From: a virus
Strand: one strand, 5' to 3'
Length of the DNA: 64,000 nt
Virus record (IMG/VR): IMGVR_UViG_3300045988_060114
The position numbers were made by a program, and so were the translations under genes. How positions within the stretch are numbered: the stretch's first letter is position 1; each line of letters starts with the position of its first letter. The notes beneath the pieces are model-generated. The model was not told the DNA's origin. It saw only the letters and a program-made list of their open reading frames with translations, and ran no database searches. Of this stretch, positions 8,673-17,289 are shown piece by piece.

Positions 8673-9467
8673 TCAGCAGTTTTCGGTATTGAAATCTTCG
8701 GGGTAGAGTTTTTCGATTGATTCATTGATGTCTGCTTTACAGAGATACTTTTCTAGAAGTGGCTGAGACATGAAATATTCAGGAGATACATCGTCTTCCA
8801 AGACGTCCTCAACCGTAGTCTCTAACTTGATAGGCGAAGGGAAGTGATACTCAGGGTTCGGTTCGTCTTCTGTGCGTAGGATGGAAATGACAAAGATGCG
8901 CTCACGATTTTGAGGGATTCCGTAATCTTTGGCATTCAGAACCTTGTAGAAGGAGGTGTAACCGAAGTAGTCGAGGTCTTTCAGATATTGGAAGAAGTAC
9001 TTTCTCATTGACTTTGATAGAAGACCTTTCACGTTTTCGAGCATCACATATTTAGGATGCTTGGCTTCCAACATTCTCCTTTCTTGGAAAATAAGAGAAG
9101 AACGTGTGCCGCTACCTTCCTCTGCTCCCTTGCGAAGTCCTGCGTTTGAAAAGTCTTGGCAAGGAGAAGACCAACTGATGAAATCGAAGTCGGGAACCTC
9201 ATTCCAATCAAGAAGGGCGATGTTTCCGTAGTTTGGGATTTCTCTGCCATGAAGAAGTCTATAGGCTTGGATGGCGGAAGGTTCAATCTCGGAGTAGCCC
9301 ACTACCTTGAAGTCGAACTCAGGATGCTTTTCTTTGAGGTATTTGAAGGCTAGGCTCTGGCTGCCATACCCAGCGAATGCTTCAAAGACTCTGAGGGGAT
9401 GCTGCTTGTTGTACTTACTAATTTGTATCATTGTGGTAAACGGTTTCGTAGATGTTACGGATTCCAC
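8673..9467 (-). CDS. C5-cytosine DNA methyltransferase, N-terminal fragment (motifs I-VIII)
   Basis: FAGYGSQ (motif I), SSPCQDFSNAG (motif IV, PC), ENVKGL (motif VI), QNRERIF (motif VIII). Confidence 0.85.
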   Translation of the reverse strand: MESVTSTKPFTTMIQISKYNKQHPLRVFEAFAGYGSQSLAFKYLKEKHPEFDFKVVGYSEIEPSAIQAYRLLHGREIPNYGNIALLDWNEVPDFDFISWSSPCQDFSNAGLRKGAEEGSGTRSSLIFQERRMLEAKHPKYVMLENVKGLLSKSMRKYFFQYLKDLDYFGYTSFYKVLNAKDYGIPQNRERIFVISILRTEDEPNPEYHFPSPIKLETTVEDVLEDDVSPEYFMSQPLLEKYLCKADINESIEKLYPEDFNTENC

Positions 9468-10024
9468 TGGATGCCCAAATGTTCCATTGTTCCGTTGTCA
9501 CGATATATCTCCAATGGGATTCTACATGAACTTTGTGGGTCGTTCTTTAGGACTTCAATCATTCCGCATATTCGCTTGCGAAGTTTATTGTCCTGTGCTT
9601 CTTCTGTAAGATTCTGCAATTCGGCTTTTGTTCTAGCGATGAGCTGACTCATTTCAGAAGGCTTTTCATTTATGGCTGCTGGCGGTGGTGTTGCTCCGAT
9701 AAGTTCGTCTTCCCATCCTCGCTGGTTAAGGAAGGTTTGGAAGTTCTTTCTGTACTGCTTGTCGGGTTGGGATATTACATAGAGAGGAATATACTCTATA
9801 GCTGCCTTGCGGTCTTTCTGGCTCATAGAGTTCCACTTCTTTTCGAGTTTGGCTTTGCAGCCAACCTTCTTTTCGTAAAGGTTCCATGCTCGTTCAAAGG
9901 TATATTCGTCTTTGACTTGCTTTGGTGGAGCGGTTACCTTGTAGCCATTCTCTTCTAGAAGCTGGATGGCTTCGTTTAGTTTGGCTATGAAATCCTTTCC
10001 GTTCATGATAATTACATCATTCAT
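9455..10024 (-). CDS. hypothetical protein (189 aa)
   Basis: ORF, overlap-coupled. Confidence 0.6.
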   Translation of the reverse strand: MNDVIIMNGKDFIAKLNEAIQLLEENGYKVTAPPKQVKDEYTFERAWNLYEKKVGCKAKLEKKWNSMSQKDRKAAIEYIPLYVISQPDKQYRKNFQTFLNQRGWEDELIGATPPPAAINEKPSEMSQLIARTKAELQNLTEEAQDNKLRKRICGMIEVLKNDPQSSCRIPLEIYRDNGTMEHLGIQWNP

Positions 10025-10440
10025 AGTTCACCATTTAAATAATTGTCGATTGCTTGGATAAATTCATCTATAGAGCGGACGATGATATACTTGCCACCAT
10101 GTCGTTCTACTTCGTATTGGAATACCTTCTGTTCGGGTTCCTGCTGTCCTTTGGGTGTCTTGTTTTCTATGCAGAGGAAACCGTACTGAGAGGTGCGCTT
10201 CAGGAGCAGCATATCAGATACTCCTGCCTTCATGCCTTCTTCTTTGAGCCATGCGGCTTGTTGAGAAGTTCGCTTGCCACCGTTAGGAACGGCAAAGAAG
10301 ACACCTTCAAGGTCAGGATATACCCCACGGATATACCTGACCTCTGCGGCTTGCAAGTTGTGCTCATCATAAGATGAACGCTTGCGTATCTTCTTGCCTT
10401 CCTGCTGTAGCTTTGCCTTGATTTCAGCGTAGCTTGCCAT
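10021..10440 (-). CDS. VRR-NUC family nuclease
   Basis: GVSDMLLL...CIENKTPKG...Q fits the VRR-NUC D...ExK core. Confidence 0.7.
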   Translation of the reverse strand: MASYAEIKAKLQQEGKKIRKRSSYDEHNLQAAEVRYIRGVYPDLEGVFFAVPNGGKRTSQQAAWLKEEGMKAGVSDMLLLKRTSQYGFLCIENKTPKGQQEPEQKVFQYEVERHGGKYIIVRSIDEFIQAIDNYLNGEL

Positions 10441-11219
10441 TACCAGTCTGTTGAGAAAAGGTCGTTGAGAGAATCTTCACCCATCAGGCGAATGGCTTCG
10501 TTGGCATGGTCAGATGATAAAAAATATATCTGTGCAGTATTAGTGCTCGTTACATATTTAACCGTATATCCCGAACCTTTCTTTACGATAACGTATTTGG
10601 ATTCTGTTTCATCATCGAAATTTGGTTCCCAATCTAATTTGGAATTGATATACTTGGCAATATTCTGCAACTTGTTAAATGCAATCATGCGCTTTGCCTG
10701 AGCAATAGATGTGCAGTTGTCGAAGTCGTTGTAATTTGAAGAAGTCATTACCCATGATGAAACCTTGTTACTTTCATCAAGGTAGTACGCATCCTTGTTA
10801 TAGAACAAATCCTTGCAAATATCATCATAAGTGATAGGCTTGCCTTCCTTATCATCAGGAGTCTTCTTCTCTTCTCCTTCAATCTTCTTGCGAATCATCG
10901 GCTTGCCATCCTCGCTGATGAAGACTTGAAGGTTGTCTGGAATAGGAAGTTCTACGGCAGTACCATCCGTCGGGATAGTGCATTTGGTGAGACTCGCCTT
11001 TCCGTTATTGATGTTGGTAACGTCCTGATTACTGATGCCTTCTGCATGAATATCAGGAGTCTCTTCCTCGGCATTCTCTGCCATCTTCTTGGCAATCATA
11101 TCTACTCCTTTGCCAAGGAGTGCTCCGAAAAGCATTGATGCAAACTCTGGTAACTCTGGGTTGTTGTTGCGCTGACGGTTACGTCTGTTGTTGCGCTTGT
11201 CGTTTCTACGTGTCATACT
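10440..11219 (-). CDS. hypothetical protein (start trimmed to MTRRNDKRNNRR)
   Basis: The internal ATG at 11219 abuts the stop of 11218..11655. Basic N-terminus. Confidence 0.55.
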   Translation of the reverse strand, partial: SMTRRNDKRNNRRNRQRNNNPELPEFASMLFGALLGKGVDMIAKKMAENAEEETPDIHAEGISNQDVTNINNGKASLTKCTIPTDGTAVELPIPDNLQVFISEDGKPMIRKKIEGEEKKTPDDKEGKPITYDDICKDLFYNKDAYYLDESNKVSSWVMTSSNYNDFDNCTSIAQAKRMIAFNKLQNIAKYINSKLDWEPNFDDETESKYVIVKKGSGYTVKYVTSTNTAQIYFLSSDHANEAIRLMGEDSLNDLFSTDW

Positions 11220-11655
11220 AACTATAATTTTGTAAAATGTTATTAAACTCGTCTTCTGTAATACCATTAGCCATGAGAATGGTTAGGATGGTATCAAGAC
11301 ATCTACTATATACTTCATTGAAGGCTGGCTCATCCATCTTGGCGAAGGAGATAGACTTGGCTCTTTCTAGGAACTTCTGTCCGTTGAGGTCGTAGAGCGG
11401 TTCGCTGAATCCTGATGTTATCAGAAGCTGCTCACGGAATGTGTCTATTGAGCGGAGATTGATGCGCTGCTGCTCTGTGAGACTATCCCATGCTGCTCTG
11501 ATAAGGGCGAAGAACTTACGATGGAACTTTACGTTGCGTGGTCGGACGATATTCGCCTTGACGATGGAACCAACCTTTATCTTTTTCATTTCCTCGTAAT
11601 CATCATCCGTGTATGGGCGAAGACCAGTGGAGGTTCTTACTAGATGGATTTCCAT
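11218..11655 (-). CDS. hypothetical phage protein (possibly DUF1367-like)
   Basis: RPRNVKFHRKFFALIRAAW motif recalled from lambdoid DUF1367 proteins. Weak assignment. Confidence 0.5.
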   Translation of the reverse strand: MEIHLVRTSTGLRPYTDDDYEEMKKIKVGSIVKANIVRPRNVKFHRKFFALIRAAWDSLTEQQRINLRSIDTFREQLLITSGFSEPLYDLNGQKFLERAKSISFAKMDEPAFNEVYSRCLDTILTILMANGITEDEFNNILQNYS

Positions 11656-11672
11656 ACCTTATATATTAATGT

Positions 11673-12152
11673 TTAGAATGGGAGACCACTTTTCTGCTGA
11701 CCACCTGCATATTGAGCATTTTGCTGAATAGGTTGACCGCTTGCATTAACCTGAGGAGGAAAAGTCTGCATCTGCTGCTGAATAGGTGCTGGCTGCGGTG
11801 GATAGTTGGCTGCTTGCTGCTGAGGAACCTGACCTATTTGGCTCTGCATCATCTGACCCTGCTGCTGGGCATTTGGTCGCTCCACCTTCCAGCAGTCCAA
11901 CTGGTTGAACCAACGTCCGTCTCTAGACTGATGTGCCTTCAATCCGATGTTTGCGGTGATGATTTCACCAATCTGAATGCCGAACTGCTGAATCTTGTCA
12001 GAACCGTAAACTTGGATAACGGCTCTTGAAGGGTACTGCTGATTCAGTTCCTCAATAACATACTCTTGGGAACTCCATTGGGTTCCGTTTTGGGAAGTTC
12101 CCATTTGAACTTGCCCTGCTGCAATAATCTTGCCTGTAAACTTTACATTCAT
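11673..12152 (-). CDS. ssb: single-stranded DNA-binding protein
   Basis: N-terminal OB-fold-like region, long Q/P-rich linker and C-terminal ...GLPF tip typical of SSB. Confidence 0.75.
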   Translation of the reverse strand: MNVKFTGKIIAAGQVQMGTSQNGTQWSSQEYVIEELNQQYPSRAVIQVYGSDKIQQFGIQIGEIITANIGLKAHQSRDGRWFNQLDCWKVERPNAQQQGQMMQSQIGQVPQQQAANYPPQPAPIQQQMQTFPPQVNASGQPIQQNAQYAGGQQKSGLPF

Positions 12153-12160
12153 ATTGTTAC

Positions 12161-13084
12161 TTAATTAAGTTTGATTCTTATTGACGGCTTGGAGATACTG
12201 ACTTTTGTTAATTTCTCGTAAGCATTTGGATATTTCTCTTTGAAGAGTTTCATGTCGAGCGTTCTCTTAGTGGTGCTATCAACATAAGAGTAAGAACCGA
12301 TATTGGTCTTGATGGATTTCTGTTTGTTGGCTTCCATCATCTTCATCATCTGCTCCTTCAAATCATCCTGCTTAATCTTTAGGGCATCCATACGAGCGGA
12401 AACTAGTCTGTACTCCTGCTCTAGTGCTGAAAACTGCTCAGGAACCTCTACCTTATATTGATAGTCGGTATCATCAGCGAGATAAGCGTTGATTAAATCG
12501 TCAATCTGGTAATCAGCTACCCTAGGTAGTGGCTGGAACTTGCTCTGTCCGTTCTTGAACCACATACAAACAATCTCCTTCACCTTCAAGTCTGGATTTT
12601 GCTCCTCGAACCATTTGGCATAGATGGAAAGTTGGAGCGATACATTGTCGTAGTGGAGGGTGGCTGTGGTCTTGTAATCTACCAGATAGATGTTTCCTTC
12701 CTTGTCGGCAAAGATTCCATCAATGGCAGAAGCGAAGTTCTCGCCATCTGTAACAAGATACTCGGATGCTACATAGTGTAAATCGTATGCGACTAACATA
12801 CTATGGAAGGCAAGAAGCTCTTCCGTAGGGTTCGGGTATTGTTTGAGGTCTGCATCGAAGATGGAACAGAAGGTTTCAAACGTATTGTGGATAAGACCTC
12901 CTCGCTCTGCTGCCTTCATCAATACCGATTCAGGAATGTTCTTGTAGGTGTCGGGGAATGCTTTCTTGATGAGCGTTCCAGTTACACCTTTCAGTTCCTT
13001 CTTGCCAATGAAGTACTGATGAGACTCCTCAATGAATGTGACCTTTGGCACATTCAGGGTTATTTTCTTTGTTTCTGCTGTCAT
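12161..13084 (-). CDS. PD-(D/E)XK (RecB/Cas4-like) recombination exonuclease
   Basis: IDGIFADKEGNIYLVDYKT (D...D/E-x-K). Adjacent to an annealase gene. Confidence 0.7.
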   Translation of the reverse strand: MTAETKKITLNVPKVTFIEESHQYFIGKKELKGVTGTLIKKAFPDTYKNIPESVLMKAAERGGLIHNTFETFCSIFDADLKQYPNPTEELLAFHSMLVAYDLHYVASEYLVTDGENFASAIDGIFADKEGNIYLVDYKTTATLHYDNVSLQLSIYAKWFEEQNPDLKVKEIVCMWFKNGQSKFQPLPRVADYQIDDLINAYLADDTDYQYKVEVPEQFSALEQEYRLVSARMDALKIKQDDLKEQMMKMMEANKQKSIKTNIGSYSYVDSTTKRTLDMKLFKEKYPNAYEKLTKVSISKPSIRIKLN

Positions 13085-13085
13085 A

Positions 13086-13781
13086 TTATTGTAATCCTAA
13101 TTCTTTCTTCTTAGCTGATACTGCTTGCATGAACTGAGGGCTGGCGGTGAGCGGCTTGTATGTCTGAACAACCCATACCAGATTATCCTTGTTGACACAT
13201 CTGCTAAGGTATGCCAATCCTTCGTTCAAGTCATTGGTGTGATACTGGGGTGTTGCTGGCTGCTGGGCGGCTTGTGCTGTCTGAGCGGTTGGATGCTGAG
13301 TCTGTGTCTGCTGCTGCGCTGCTCTACTATCCTGAGCACCATACTTACTATCAATGTCTATGATGTCCTTTCCTGCCTCGAAATAAACGTCTGCTGCTAC
13401 ACCAAGTGCCTTCATTGCAACCGACAAGGCATCTGTGAGTGCCATCTTGTAGCATTCATCAGATACGTATGCACCCTTGCTTTCCATTGATACTTCTGAC
13501 GAACCTCCTGTTCCTTGGATGGCATCTGACCATTCTCCGTTCACCTTGATAAAGAGGTCGATGTTGCAATAGGCTTTTACCTCACTTCCGAAAGTCTCTG
13601 TCCACTGCTTGGTGATTACGTACTTCCAACCGATTCCGCACACACCAAACTGCTCTGTCATAGCCTTGATGCGCCACATTGGGTTGATGTCGTGTTTTCC
13701 TCTAAGTCTTCCTGACTGAATTTGTCTGAGTGCCTGTTGAGGAACGACTTTGAGTTTGTTGTAATAATCTAAATTACCCAT
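13086..13781 (-). CDS. Rad52/Sak-like single-strand annealing protein
   Basis: GIGW...GGSS...YKMALTDALSVAMKALGVAADVY followed by a Q-rich tail. Pairs with the exonuclease and SSB. Confidence 0.65.
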   Translation of the reverse strand: MGNLDYYNKLKVVPQQALRQIQSGRLRGKHDINPMWRIKAMTEQFGVCGIGWKYVITKQWTETFGSEVKAYCNIDLFIKVNGEWSDAIQGTGGSSEVSMESKGAYVSDECYKMALTDALSVAMKALGVAADVYFEAGKDIIDIDSKYGAQDSRAAQQQTQTQHPTAQTAQAAQQPATPQYHTNDLNEGLAYLSRCVNKDNLVWVVQTYKPLTASPQFMQAVSAKKKELGLQ

Positions 13782-13802
13782 ATCTTTTATGTATTTAAGT
13801 TG

Positions 13803-13919
13803 TTATTGATACTTCCATTCATAGTGGCTACATCGGTAGCCACCATCTGGGTTACGTTTCGGATTGTCACACATGGTCAAGAAGAGACAATCGTGACAAC
13901 TGCTTGCTTTATATCTCAT
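13803..13919 (-). CDS. small Cys/His protein (38 aa)
   Basis: Manual translation MRYKASSCHDCLFLTMCDNPKRNPDGGYRCSHYEWKYQ. Directly upstream of the annealase gene. Confidence 0.35.
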   Translation of the reverse strand: MRYKASSCHDCLFLTMCDNPKRNPDGGYRCSHYEWKYQ

Positions 13920-13944
13920 ATTGTATAGTTTAAATGTTCAAATT

Positions 13945-13975
13945 AAAAACCCCACGATTCTCACGAATGGTGGGG
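13945..13975 (-). terminator. rho-independent terminator (minus strand)
   Basis: Minus-strand CCCCACCATTC-GTGA-GAATCGTGGGG hairpin (10 of 11 pairs) followed by TTTTT. Confidence 0.6.
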
Positions 13976-14541
13976 GCGAGTGTTCGTTATTTTAATATAA
14001 CCTGAGCGGTCGCTACCGTCTCACAATGTAATTTGTATGGTAAATTTCAACATGTCAATATTTGCAATTTCCTTTAGAAAAGGAGGGGCTGCTAAATGTA
14101 ATGAGAAAACAGCCACCTCCGTGGAGCGACATCTATACAATCTTGCCGGATGCTGACTCGCTCCTTGGTTCTCTTCTGCATTTATGGAGGCTTAGAACTC
14201 CCAGCACTAGTAATCGCACATATTGTGATATATTTACTTTATGAATCAGAACTATTTATCAACTATTAAAAAAAGAAATTCAACTTGCTGGCTGCATTAG
14301 AACCGATTTGTAGTTGTGCGCTTCTACCTTTCTGCTACCTTATCTTTAAGGGTCACGGCATGAGGTCTGCATCTTCACAAGTGAACTCCAAGCGTTCCAA
14401 ATTCCACCCAGTGGGTGTATGTATTAGCTTGCCACTTCCACGTCTAAGCATCATCTGTGGTTAATGATGCTCCTTTTGGGTACGTGTACCTCTCTAGGAA
14501 GGTTTATCCTATCCGATATAAAGCCTTGGAATCGGGCTATA

Positions 14542-14619
14542 TGGGGCGCAAGGTGGGACTCGAACCAACGACCTCGAAGGGGATGAACCTTCATACTCTA
14601 CCAACTGAGTTACTTGCGC
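14542..14619 (-). tRNA. tRNA-like gene, anticodon CAU (Met or Ile2), non-canonical anticodon arm, CCA encoded
   Basis: Reverse complement is GCGCAAG-TA-ACTC-AGTTGGTA-GAGT-A-TGAAGG-TTCATCC-CCTTCG-AGGTC-GTTGG-TTCGAGT-CCCAC-CTTGCGC-C-CCA. It has perfect 7-bp acceptor and 4-bp D stems and a canonical T-loop. It also has a 6-bp anticodon stem (or an extra nucleotide at position 26), a pyrimidine at position 37 and one T-stem mismatch. Confidence 0.6.
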
Positions 14620-14923
14620 TGGCTAATCAACAATTTATACTAACTTAAAAACATGAGTAAAAAATGACTATATTTATCACTTGTGGAGACTGGGAGTAGC
14701 AAACTCCAAAAAACCTCTGCTATTTACGAATGAAAATTCGATGGCTGAAACATTACAAGACTTAACAAATTAATAATTTAATACTAAATTCAACTTGTGA
14801 GGTTCAATCTCCTTATATCTACTTGCCTACCTCCTTGAAGTAGGAGCGCATTTCCTTTATTAAGAGGACAAACATGGCTATAGATGCCACGAACATAATA
14901 TCTGCGAACATAAGTTTATCTGT

Positions 14924-15265
14924 TTAATGGGTTACACAATAGGCTGCTGCCTCTGATTCTATCTCTGCCATGCTCTTGCTGCGGTTCTGCATCATCCAGT
15001 CTTCCAACTCACTCTTCTTGAAGTAGAGTAGGTTGATATTTGGCTTGTAGCAGGGGAGTATGTGCTTTCTGACGTTTTCCCTTACTCCTCGAACCGTCAT
15101 GCCTAGTATGATTGCAGCTTCCTTGATGTTGAGCACATTTTTTGCTGCTATCAGCGAATACTGCTCGATGCGGTCTAGCTGCTCCTTAATCTCTGGGTCT
15201 ATCATATCAGTCGAATTTGAGGGTTTGTTGACTGGCACTAGCTGCCTTGGCTGGCTCTGTTCCAC
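14924..15265 (-). CDS. excisionase/AlpA-like helix-turn-helix DNA-binding protein
   Basis: LNIKEAAIILGMTVRGVRENVRKHILPCYK...YFKKSELEDWM resembles the MerR-like excisionase HTH. Confidence 0.55.
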   Translation of the reverse strand: MEQSQPRQLVPVNKPSNSTDMIDPEIKEQLDRIEQYSLIAAKNVLNIKEAAIILGMTVRGVRENVRKHILPCYKPNINLLYFKKSELEDWMMQNRSKSMAEIESEAAAYCVTH

Positions 15266-16079
15266 CAGTGCCCTTATCGCTGGGAGTGTTCTCCTGCTCT
15301 ATTAAGGGGAGAATGCCCTTCGCTTTGAGTGATTCATATAGGAAGATTCTTCCTTTCGTTGTCCACTCGGTGTTGTACTTCACATCGTGCCGACCATCAC
15401 TTCTTAGTATATCTACCGCTCTGCTGTGAACGTAACCACCAGTGAGGAACTTTCCGTACAATATCCACTGACCTCGAACCTTATGCTGAATCTTCATCGT
15501 TTCCAGTTCCTTATTCAGCTTCATGGCACTCATTCCGTAGTCTTGTGCTATCTGGGTGACGGTCATGGTGGCATTACTCTGCAAGATTTTATCGTAGTAG
15601 CTGACCTTCGGCAGCATTTCGGTAATCTTGTTGCCCAGTTCCATGTTCTCTTTGCTGATAGTGACGATGGTTGCTTGCTGCTGCTTGTTCTCCAAAGCTA
15701 GCTGCTGTTTCTCCTCCTCAGCCTTGACCAGAGATTTGAGGGCTTCGAGATAGTTCTGAGGGACGGATGGCATTTGATGCTGCTCCTCCAGTTCCTTCCA
15801 TCGTTTAATCAACTTGGCTCTCGCTTCATCGTTGAACTTGGTGGCGATGTAGAGACACTCTTCCTTGTTGAGGGAGTAGTAAGGTCTCATCTTGTGACCT
15901 CCGTTGTTTATCTCAACCTCTTCCTGCATCAGGGAAAAATTTCCCCCTTGCACTTTTTGCCATGCTGGCTCCATCTTTCGGATGGCTTTCATCACATCAT
16001 TGTGTGGCTTGCCAGTAATCTCTGCAATCTGTAGTGATGTCATTCTGTCACCATCTACAATAGTTGAAATTTCATTCAT
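15207..16079 (-). CDS. phage antirepressor (Rha-like N-terminus, KilAC/ANT-like C-terminus)
   Basis: TSLQIAEITGKPHNDVMKAIRKM (Rha-type) and YYDKILQSNATMTVTQIAQDYGMSAMKLNK (KilAC-type). Confidence 0.7.
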   Translation of the reverse strand: MNEISTIVDGDRMTSLQIAEITGKPHNDVMKAIRKMEPAWQKVQGGNFSLMQEEVEINNGGHKMRPYYSLNKEECLYIATKFNDEARAKLIKRWKELEEQHQMPSVPQNYLEALKSLVKAEEEKQQLALENKQQQATIVTISKENMELGNKITEMLPKVSYYDKILQSNATMTVTQIAQDYGMSAMKLNKELETMKIQHKVRGQWILYGKFLTGGYVHSRAVDILRSDGRHDVKYNTEWTTKGRIFLYESLKAKGILPLIEQENTPSDKGTGGTEPAKAASASQQTLKFD

Positions 16080-16100
16080 AGGATTCCTCCTTCTTTATTA

Positions 16101-16298
16101 TTAGTAGAACACTACCTTATCGTCTTCTATACCTCCGAACTCATTCAAGGCATCCTGCCTGATGCTTTCGGCTTGCCTGCTCTGACTTCTAAAACCTAGA
16201 GCGTTGTAGATTGTTTGCTTTCTGCAACCATACCGCTCAGCAAGTTTTTTTCGTCCTTCAGGCGAAACTTTGATAATTTTTATCTTTTTTACTTGCAT
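16101..16298 (-). CDS. small HTH protein (Cro-like side of the switch)
   Basis: KLAERYGCRKQTIYNALGF. Divergent from the CI-like gene. Confidence 0.5.
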   Translation of the reverse strand: MQVKKIKIIKVSPEGRKKLAERYGCRKQTIYNALGFRSQSRQAESIRQDALNEFGGIEDDKVVFY

Positions 16299-16358
16299 AT
16301 CTTAATTTTTTGTTGTAATTTTGCTTTTAATATATAGCAACTTACTTGTTTACGGTTG

Positions 16359-16390
16359 CAAAGGTACTCTTTTCCGAGTAAACTACCAAA
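16359..16390 (-). promoter_or_regulatory. Bacteroides-type promoter (TTTG-N20-TACCTTTG) for 16101..16298
   Basis: Reverse complement of caaaggta at 16359-16366 and of caaa at 16387-16390. Confidence 0.45.
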
Positions 16391-16432
16391 CAATTTCTCG
16401 AAAAAGATTAGTCCTTTAAGATTAATTAGTTA

Positions 16433-16855
16433 ATGTTTATAAATGTAAATTGTATGGAAACAACTATTTATCAGAGAGTTAAGCTAGTTTTAGAGGATAA
16501 ATCTATTTCCGTTAACGCTCTCTCTAAACAGATTAATGTAGCGCAAGCTACCCTGAATCCTCAGTTAAGAGGTGATAGAACTTTAGCAGCCAATATCGTA
16601 GCGAAGATACTGGATGCCTTTCCTGATGTGTCTGCTGAGTGGTTGATGCGTGGTGTTGGTACTATGTATAGTAATCAAGATGCGGATGATTCATCTTATA
16701 TGGTGGCTGAGACTCCTCATCGTGAAGAACCTAAGATAGAAGAGTCTCATCAGGATGATTCTGTCTGGAAGGCAAAGTACGAGGAGTTGGAGAAACGCTA
16801 CGACCAGCTACTATCTATCTTAGGTGGTGGCATGAGAAAAGCAAATGTCGGTTAA
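16433..16855 (+). CDS. XRE/CI-like HTH repressor (alternative start 16454)
   Basis: VNALSKQINVAQATLNPQLRGDRTLAANIVAKILDAFPDVSAEWLMRGVG. Divergent arrangement with the small HTH gene. Confidence 0.7.
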   Translation: MFINVNCMETTIYQRVKLVLEDKSISVNALSKQINVAQATLNPQLRGDRTLAANIVAKILDAFPDVSAEWLMRGVGTMYSNQDADDSSYMVAETPHREEPKIEESHQDDSVWKAKYEELEKRYDQLLSILGGGMRKANVG

Positions 16856-16860
16856 CATTA

Positions 16861-17289
16861 ATGTTTAATTATAAAAATGTGGTAGATATGAAACTGATTA
16901 TAACAAATTTATATACGTTGTTCATTTTAGCGGTGTGTGATGCGATAGTCCTCTTGTCTGTGAAGTGGGCTATTAACATTGATGTTATTTATATAGTGTT
17001 GTTGATGATAGGAACATTACCATTTATGGTGGTATCTAACTTATTTGATAAGTCGATAACGTTCTTCCCATATTATTTCATCAGATTAAGACAGGTTGAT
17101 GTTTATAGTTCCTTTTTCCTATATATGCTTGGCTTTGCTTTCGGAACGTTCTATTTATGGCATACGTTTTGGCAGCATGATGGTCATTGGATATTAGGAT
17201 GTATCTTTGGTACAATACTGAACTGGATATTGGTGGCTATGAAAGGAAATGATTTGGTGTTGGTTCATAAAAGAATGGGGGTGATGTGA
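16861..17289 (+). CDS. polytopic membrane protein (about 4 TM)
   Basis: Multiple long hydrophobic segments. Immediately downstream of the repressor. Confidence 0.55.
   Translation: MFNYKNVVDMKLIITNLYTLFILAVCDAIVLLSVKWAINIDVIYIVLLMIGTLPFMVVSNLFDKSITFFPYYFIRLRQVDVYSSFFLYMLGFAFGTFYLWHTFWQHDGHWILGCIFGTILNWILVAMKGNDLVLVHKRMGVM

Noticed and set aside
14062-14648. Track ORFs 14062..14244 and 14457..14648 in the non-coding island.
   Set aside because: The second runs antisense through the tRNA-like gene. Both are at the 60-aa minimum, with no coupling to neighbours and no motif.
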